Origin: Eukaryota sp. TZLM1-RC
Taxonomy: Eukaryota; Protista; Metamonada: BaSk clade
Direction of reading: 5' to 3'
Length of the DNA: 64,000 nt
NCBI GenBank assembly: GCA_040285825.1
Contig: JAUPSS010000002.1
Coordinates: 1,612,001-1,676,000, forward strand
Each line of letters starts with the position of its first letter. Within the stretch, counting starts at the first letter, position 1. Position numbers and translations under genes: made by a program. The notes below the pieces were generated by a model. It was not told where the DNA came from. It worked only from the letters and a program-made list of their open reading frames with translations, and did not search any database. Shown one piece after another: positions 58,110 to 64,000 of the stretch.

Positions 58110-59175
58110 GTTTTTTTCAACTGGAATATTTATTGAAATAAAAAAACCCATCTAGAATTCAATATCCTCCAAACAAGCGTCACTATTACAAAACCTACTC
58201 ACAGCATTTCGTTCATATTCTACACCAATAGCTAAAAGTGCCTTTGAAATCATTGTTGGAATAGACTTGAAAATGCAGAAAAAACAATTCTATTTAACCA
58301 GAAAGTGGAGTTCATTGTTTTACCAGACCTATTCAGTAACACTTTTTTGAAATTGTCAAAAAAGTGCAACCCTGAAGGTACAATATTGCCAAAAAGAGAA
58401 ATTGCAAACGGCACAAACTGATATTTCACATGTTCCACTCTACCTAACTGTGCCAAAGGTTCTTCATATTTTTTTATCTTCTTTTTTTCGGCGTTAGATA
58501 ACGGCTGCTCAGCGGAATACACTAAACGAGCAGCAGAATTTTTGCAAACATCAACTGAGACAACATCTACAACATTGAGAACACCATCGATCCCTGGAGC
58601 TACTAAATCTGCCCTTCTTTTACCAAAGGAATCATCAGTTTGATCTGAAGATAGCTTACGTACTAATGGCTCAATAAATGCCGCTATATTGAAACTTTTG
58701 CACATGGCATCACGAGCTGAGTCATGAACAATTGAGCGATAAGTTATGAAATACTTACAGTTTAAAATATGGGAAAGCATAACAACACTCTTGCAGCGAC
58801 AAATTAAATCATTTGGTAAAGAACAAGGGCATAGAAAACATCTCATTCTCATTGCAGTGGTCCATTGGTGATCATTAAGTAGAAGGCCAAAATGTTGGGA
58901 ATTTGGGAGATTAGGCTACTTGAGCAACTGTCTTCAAGATCAATCAAAAAGTTTGCAAAAACAGGATTTTTTTCTTTAGCCAAGCTAAAACGTACAACAT
59001 AATCCAAGTTTTCTAAAACTTTCAAGATTTTTTTCTGCCATTTTGCAAAAGTCAGTGGTAAGGAGAGCAAGCTTCTTGGAGGAAGTTCCACAATATCAGA
59101 GGGGAAACATTTAGACCAAATATTGGGTGAAAGGGTTTCAATTTCCTGTTTCAAAGAAATAAGATAAGAGCTGCC
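58110..59175 (-). mobile_element. Family C 3' part (CCHC and RLE) with T tract
   Basis: CRC..H..NC, RSIVHD, IEP, KRRADLV...VDV, K..KY, FVPFAISLFG. Confidence 0.88.
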
Positions 59176-59775
59176 ACAATTTTTTTATTTTTTTAAGTAA
59201 AAATATGAGAAACAGAATTTGTAACAATCTTTCCAGTAGATTGACAGTAAGGGATCCTGAATCCTGAATCATCTTTGGTTCAAAAAGTGCGTCTGACATG
59301 CAACGAGAATAATGAGCCTATTTATCAAATTTTTCACTTGTCACCACCATTTTCGACTTCTGGTGGCCTATTTTGGCAGGTTTTCAACCTTCAACTTGGT
59401 AATGATCTCCCTCACTTTTGACTATCTTCATCACTTCATTTTTCTATCTTCATTTGAAACACTGTCAACAATGTTGTTGACCTTGCTGTTGAATGATGTC
59501 ATCTCTATTACAGTTTCAATTACAGTATAGTGTTCTTACTGGTTTGTCTTTGGATCTCTTCACTCAGAATCTGTGGATCTGTCTTTCTCGTCATTGTTAA
59601 CTTTCCATTCGGTCAGTACTACTCTCGCTGCGAAAAACCTCTTTCTATTCCATTTTTTGGTCTGGTTGCTTCGGTTGTTTCTGTCGTGGTGGCAATGTTT
59701 CTAGACTCGAAATCAAGTCATGGAAGGGGTTTCATTTGCAAAAGTGGTATTTTTTCTTAACCAACCAAAGGTTCT

Positions 59776-62200
59776 TAATTTATTGAACTTGTGATCTTAA
59801 CAAAATAAAGTCATAACTATCAGGACTAAATTCATTGAACCAAGATTTCCTCTAGAAAATCTTGATCTGCTTGCTGTCTAGCTAAAGCTTCTCCAATTCG
59901 ATTGAAGAACGGAGGTAATCTATTATTAACGGCAAACTGAATCCGAGAGCGTCATTAAAAATATCAAATTTTTTCATTGTTTTTTTTGAACCATTTTTTG
60001 GAAATCATTCAAAAAAGTTTCCGCTTCTGCTAATAATCTTCCGTTTATCGAAAATAGGAAAGCAATAAAAAATTGGTCTATTTCTATCAGCATTAGCTTT
60101 TTCAATAACTTTACCGCATGATCTATGTTTTTTGTCGGCCTTAAATTCGAGAGCACTTACAGGAACAAAGTCAACAACAGCTTCAGAATTATCAATCTAA
60201 TCACAGTATACATCACCTCTATCATCAGAACCAAAATTATTCAATAAAAGTGTTCCCTTCAGCAGAGGCTCTTTGATACACGATATTCTTACAGTTTGTG
60301 CCATATTGAAAACAGTGTCTCTAACAGCATCATGTAATGAAGAACGATAAGTTATCAATATAGAACAATTCAGACCATGACGCAAAGTGAGCTGTGGTGA
60401 ATTTGAATAAATGCATTGTTCTTTTGATAATAATTGATTAATAAGGCTATTCAGATATAATCTCATTTTTGTTACAAACGCTTCATGATTAACACACAGT
60501 CCAGACCTTCGTGGTACAATGGTTACAAACAGTGATGAATCTGATGACTGGTTTTCACAAACATCCTTTTCAAATAACAATGAGTGAAGATCTTGATTTA
60601 AAACGGCCGAGGTGCATTTATTATTATAAAGATCATTTTCATATATTCTAGTCAATCGTTTCAGTAATGTTCGCAGAATGTAATTTAAATTTAAAAAATT
60701 CTTTTCTGGAATATTACCATTGAATGAATGGGGAAAGCATCGACTCCATTTTTCTACATCAGTTTGTGAAATTTCATCATTTAAAGCAAAAACAGTACAA
60801 CTTTGCGTTGTCATCAATAAATCTTCCCAATCGGCAAATCTTTCAGACAACTCAAAAATTGCATTCCTGCATTACACCGATAAAAGCACATGAAGTAAGA
60901 ATAGAAGCGTTTGTCCAAGCTTAACCGCCATAATGTGGACTAAGATAAGCATGATCAGGAATTTGGAACATTTTACATCCTATTAATTGGAACAACACTT
61001 TTGCACGTAATTCATTGAACTTCTGGGCCAAAGGCCTAGTGACAAGAGGATTTGTAGATCGAATTATAGGATTAAAGTTGGAACTAAAACACAGTCTTAT
61101 AATGGTAAATTTGATATGTTTTTGTATATCTAAAGTCATCATTCGGTCAATATTTTCGGAAATTGAGTTCAAATTTTGAAACAATTCTTTGGTAATTTCA
61201 TCATTATTTCCTAAAAACGAACCCAAATGACGAATAGCATCAATTGAATATAATTTGGCTTGAATTTCAATACCATCAACTATTGTAGAAACTGGAGAAT
61301 TCGAAAGTAAAACACATTTCAGTAAATTAAGTTGGAGGCCAATTTTGTTAAATAGTTCTTTGAAACATACAGTTGCTTCGCTGGCAATCGTTAAGTCACC
61401 TATAAGAACAACATCATCCTTATAAGCAATCATCGTTAAAGAAGGAAACATTGTTTGAATTTGTAATAAAATTGGATGAATGGCCAGACAAAACAAAAAG
61501 AGGTCCTAACGGATCTTCTTGTTTAAAGGAGCACAAAAACCAAAGAATTCCCAGAGAAAATTGATAGCATATTTTCCTTTACATAATTGATCCAAAAATC
61601 TGTTATAAACAAAAGCAAATTCATTGCATTTCGACAGATGTATTTCTTCGGGGATTTTTATGGGAGGGTGGCAATTGTCTTCTATTCTACATTTCAAGCA
61701 TCGATCTGCAGTTTTACCTTTTTGGTTTTTTCTGAAAGAAACACCACAATTGCTGCAAAATTTATGCTTGATACGATTGTTTGCTGGTTTTACAACAAGT
61801 TGTGGAGAATTATTGATTGATTTTCCTTCAGATTCAATTCTTCTAGTAAATTTTCTCCTGCACTTTTTTTCAGAATTTGGAACGTCATTGTTTTCCACAT
61901 TGGGACATGTTCGAGCATAATGTCCCTGTTCTCGGCAGTTAGAACAGTTGTGAAGGTAATCTTTACTTGCTACAACATTTTCACAAATTTCTTGATCAGA
62001 AAATTATTTGTTTAAAAATGAAGAGGGAAGAGGGCGGTGAGGAGAAGTGGAAAGGACATCATCAACAACCTGTGTTCGTTGGTTCTTTCTTTTGATTCTA
62101 TTGAAAACAGAAACAGATTCAAGCAAGACTAAGAAAGAGTAGAAACTAAGTAAAAAACTGAAGTAAGACGGATTTTTCGTAGAGGAGGGTGAAAAAAAAG
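59776..62200 (-). mobile_element. Family A copy retaining both ends, with an internal deletion of most of the RT N-terminal half
   Basis: 5' end (T tract then cctcctctac) matches 27800-27827; knuckle CSNCREQGHYARTC; junction near 61515; possible degenerate TSD aaggttct (59768) / aacgttct (62201). Confidence 0.85.
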
Positions 62201-63311
62201 AACGTTCTGTTCTTTCCTAAATGCATTCAGAAACATTTGGTGCAAATGTGGGATGGTAGTCGTTTCAGTTCAGAAGATAACTCATTCAAATATGGACTAC
62301 TATGAGGATCTCACAATTGACATCCTTCGGAATTCTTGAACATTGCAATTTTTTTCCGCTGGGGTTAATAAAAACTTACTTGCAAACCATTACCAAAATA
62401 ACCAAAACTTTTTGATTTGATTTTTTTCTTTTGATGATTGCAGTCAATTATTTTTTGACCTTTCTGAAAATATCAACTTAGTTAAACTCATTATTGTCAA
62501 TTATTTTCATCATTGCTAAATGCCCATCAGAGGACAACTGCAATAAGTGTGAGGTGTTTTCTGTGGCCATGAAAAAAGATAGAAAATAGACAAACAGTCA
62601 AGGCAAAGTATTGGAATAGGTTTGTATGAAAGTGTTTACAGAATTGTGCACATAATTGTAAAATATTATCTTTTATCAATTATTCCCAACCCTCTTTTCG
62701 CCCCTAGACAGATATCAGGTGGCTAATTCTAATGGTGGCTATCTAAAGGATTTTATGTGGATCATGGTTCTCCTCAACAACAAACGTGGTTTTAAAAAAT
62801 ATTTCGTAAATTGGGGGGGGGGGTTATTCAGATGTAAAACTTAACACCAACAGTACACAATTCAATCACACACATTTGTTGTGACTATTCATGCACTTGT
62901 TCTCTAGTTAATAGAATAAATACTGATTGTTTGTTTTATTGACCTAAAATATTCCTATTTGTTTAAAAAATCGATTTAAGAAAATTCATCACAAAATACA
63001 GAATAAAAAACAAGAAAAAAACACTGCAAAGTAGATTTAAACAATAAATTCAACTGTTTGTTTGATACCTCATTGAAACCTCGATCTGCTTCACTAATTT
63101 TGCTAAGAAGTGTTACGGACCAAAGTCGATCAATGAGTTTGGTTGTATTGTCCATGTTAGGTTAGTTTGTCTTTTGTTATTAATTTTTAAATGTTTTTAT
63201 TTGTCTGTAATTTAATCAATTTTGTGAATTCAGTTTCTAAAGAGAAACATGCTTCAAAAGTGCGATTGATAAGAGTAGAGAACGATGCATCAGAAATGCT
63301 TTACATAGCTT

Positions 63312-63340
63312 CTACCCACTACTACCCACTACTACCCACT
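63312..63340. repeat. Tandem 10-mer (ctacccacta) x~3
   Basis: ctacccacta ctacccacta ctacccact. Confidence 0.8.
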
Positions 63341-63416
63341 TGCGGTATCTGTGATAAGGGATATCAAAAGGCTTCAGTGCTTTAGTTTGAATCATTTTTG
63401 AAAATACTTTGAGTTG

Positions 63417-64000
63417 TTTTTTATTAAATTTAATTAAAAACCTAAAAATGAACATCTAAAGAATCCATCTCTCCCAAAACAAAAACACTGTCTGCAACTC
63501 TCTCATAGTGAGAACCAAGAGAAAGCAAAGCATCAGAAACAATCCTCAACATCCCCTTAAAAATAGAAAACACAATTCTATTTTGCCAAAACAATCTGTT
63601 GAAATTTCTGTTAGTTCTCTTTACATTCAATTTAAAATCTGCCAGAAAAGGTATAGCCGTTGGAGCAAGTGAACCAAAAAGAGAAAATACAAATGGATAC
63701 AAATAATATTTTGCATGCTGTTGACTGGACAATTTGGACAAAGGTTCATTGTATTTTTTGATTTTGAAACTTTCAGCATTTGAAAGGGGATTATGAATTT
63801 CAGAATTAACAAGCCTTTCATTTGAGGCATTACAAGGATCAACAGACATTACACCCAATAATATGAAGGTTCCATCTAATCCAGGTAATAAGACATCACC
63901 TCTATTATTCTTATGAAAATCATCTTCAGTATCAAACAGATTTGACAACAGAGGTTCCAAAAAGAATTCAATTGTATGAGACTTACACATACAACATAAT
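63417..64000 (-). mobile_element. Family B 3' part (RLE), runs off the window edge
   Basis: NNRGDVLLPGLDG, KIKKY, PFVFSLFG, FWQNRIVF, GEMDSLDVHF*. Confidence 0.88.

Noticed and set aside
62813-62823. G11 tract as G-quadruplex or transposon terminus
   Set aside because: Single homopolymer with no matching partner end in the window.
63312-63340. Short direct repeats as a possible CRISPR or telomeric array
   Set aside because: Only ~3 contiguous 10-mers, no spacers; simple tandem repeat.

Overview
AT-rich eukaryotic nuclear DNA from a flagellated, probably anaerobic protist. The SmsCB fusion and tiny introns with a branch point fused to the 3' splice site would fit a metamonad such as the Barthelona/Skoliomonas group; this is inference only. 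Compact housekeeping genes: a partial ABCC transporter, RPL3, HOP2, a SufCB/SmsCB Fe-S scaffold fusion, FIG4-like phosphatase, PS synthase, NOM1/SGD1, DCC1, NAT10/KRE33, an hSac2-domain protein, an EEF1AKMT4-like methyltransferase, a YgeY-like M20 hydrolase, BCD1, RMP1/NEPRO-like and CYB5D1. Six GT-AG introns of 28-32 nt can be reconstructed by hand. Between the genes lie many decayed copies of three families (here called A, B, C) of single-ORF RLE-type non-LTR retrotransposons, several with readable TSDs and nesting. There are also MULE and hAT-like relics and a short TIR element. Most notable observations: (1) at least two Fanzor (eukaryotic TnpB-like RNA-guided nuclease) remnants, one with intact RuvC-II/III motifs and a hairpin-containing 3' flank that could be an omegaRNA; (2) a palindromic, X-box-like motif ending 8-10 nt upstream of the ATG in five unrelated genes; (3) an intron-containing SmsCB fusion with a doubled CxxC motif; (4) a full-length retroelement that separated NOM1 from its poly(A) signal; (5) a ~2.9-kb inverted duplication resembling 3' transduction. 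All family assignments are from motif recognition; no searches were run.
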